Origin: Gemmatimonadales bacterium | Lineage (GTDB): Bacteria; Gemmatimonadota; Gemmatimonadetes; Gemmatimonadales; GWC2-71-9 | Direction: 5' to 3' | Length of the DNA stretch: 64,000 nt | Assembly (NCBI GenBank): GCA_035310725.1 | Contig: DATGDT010000257.1 | Span: forward strand, 1,216-65,215 | Shown here: positions 63,582 through 64,000 of the stretch, piece by piece | How the letters are laid out: the number at the start of each line of letters is the position of its first letter | Numbering within the stretch: position 1 is the first letter of the stretch | The notes under the pieces: model-generated | Seen by the model: the letters and a program-made list of their open reading frames with translations, nothing else | Told to the model about the DNA's origin: nothing | The model's database searches: none | Position numbers and translations under genes: made by a program

Positions 63582-64000
63582 CTACCCTCCGGCGGTCACG
63601 GGCTCGGGAACGGACGCGGGCGCTTCCGCAGGCGGCGCCTCCGGGATCGCCAGTCCGGCGAGATAGCGGTACACGGCCCAGCGGTCCGCGACCTCGCGCT
63701 CGGCTTGCGCCATCAGCCGCTCGTAGCGCGCCGGATCGAGCCGCTCCGCGGCGTGGAAGCGAGTCTCGATCCGCTGGTAGGCCGCCAGGGAGACGGTCGG
63801 ATCCTTCGAATCGAGCTGCAGCGGCGCCAGGTGCTCCGCCGTGCGGCGCGGATCGAAGCGATACAGGGGCCACGCGCCGGACTTCACCGCCAACTGCTGC
63901 TGCTCCAGGCCGTGGGAGAGGTCGTAGCCCTGCGCGATGCAGGGCGAGTAGGCGATGATGAGCGACGGCCCGGGGTAGCTCTCCGCCTCGGCGAACGCGC
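63582..64000 (-). CDS. Pyruvate:ferredoxin/flavodoxin oxidoreductase (PFOR/NifJ), C-terminal end; 5' part lies beyond the window
   Basis: The track shows only 63582-63893, but the frame stays open to 64000. Hand translation gives AFAEAESYPGPSLIIAYSPCIAQGYDLSHGLEQQQLAVKSGAWPLYRFDPRR...LQLDSKDP, typical of the PFOR C-terminus. Confidence 0.85.
   Translation of the reverse strand, partial: AFAEAESYPGPSLIIAYSPCIAQGYDLSHGLEQQQLAVKSGAWPLYRFDPRRTAEHLAPLQLDSKDPTVSLAAYQRIETRFHAAERLDPARYERLMAQAEREVADRWAVYRYLAGLAIPEAPPAEAPASVPEPVTAGG

Overview
This is a 64-kb, very GC-rich stretch of chromosome (roughly two-thirds or more G+C by eye). It comes from a diderm bacterium, judging by SurA, a TolC-type outer-membrane factor, an LPS heptosyltransferase and many lipobox lipoproteins. 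The style resembles Gemmatimonadota-like soil bacteria, but I cannot verify the taxon.

I support about 50 protein genes, one tRNA-Asn and one decayed gene. Most are housekeeping: pdxA-surA-mfd, rho, lepA, ftsEX-envC, pcm, nfo, a czcCBA-type RND efflux set, maeB, pckA, uvrA, holB, moaC, ilvE and the 3' end of a PFOR/nifJ gene. They are packed with 4-nt start/stop overlaps. I saw no transposase, integrase, phage gene, CRISPR array or recognisable defence system. The many very long ORFs in the track are antisense artefacts of high GC.

The most unusual signal is non-coding. It is a set of symmetric tandem-repeat palindromes, each made of short direct repeats (7-mers or a 13-mer) followed by the same repeats inverted:
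- GCTATCG units between rho and lepA, with a second partial copy in front of tRNA-Asn.
- GGGAGTG units between an ABC-2 permease gene and pcm.
- GGGGACG units at the envC 5' end, with a near-identical block inside pdxA.
- A 13-nt-period CGTCGAGC array across the hlyD-family 5' end.

They occupy nearly all the gaps in an otherwise gapless 14-kb gene string, and they supply start-proximal or stop-proximal codons of the neighbouring genes.

Other observations worth checking:
- A Rho gene with no room for its N-terminal domain.
- An orphan GHKL-ATPase/DUF4325 (STAS-like) pair inside a metabolic operon.
- Small unknown ORFs translationally chained to an MltD-like LysM transglycosylase.
- Three tandem DUF4382-like lipoprotein paralogs.
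- A frameshifted and deleted GyrI-like gene.
- A duplicated LysM 3' end.
- A roughly 47% GC structured spacer upstream of holB.

All family assignments come from reading motifs by eye. No database search was run.
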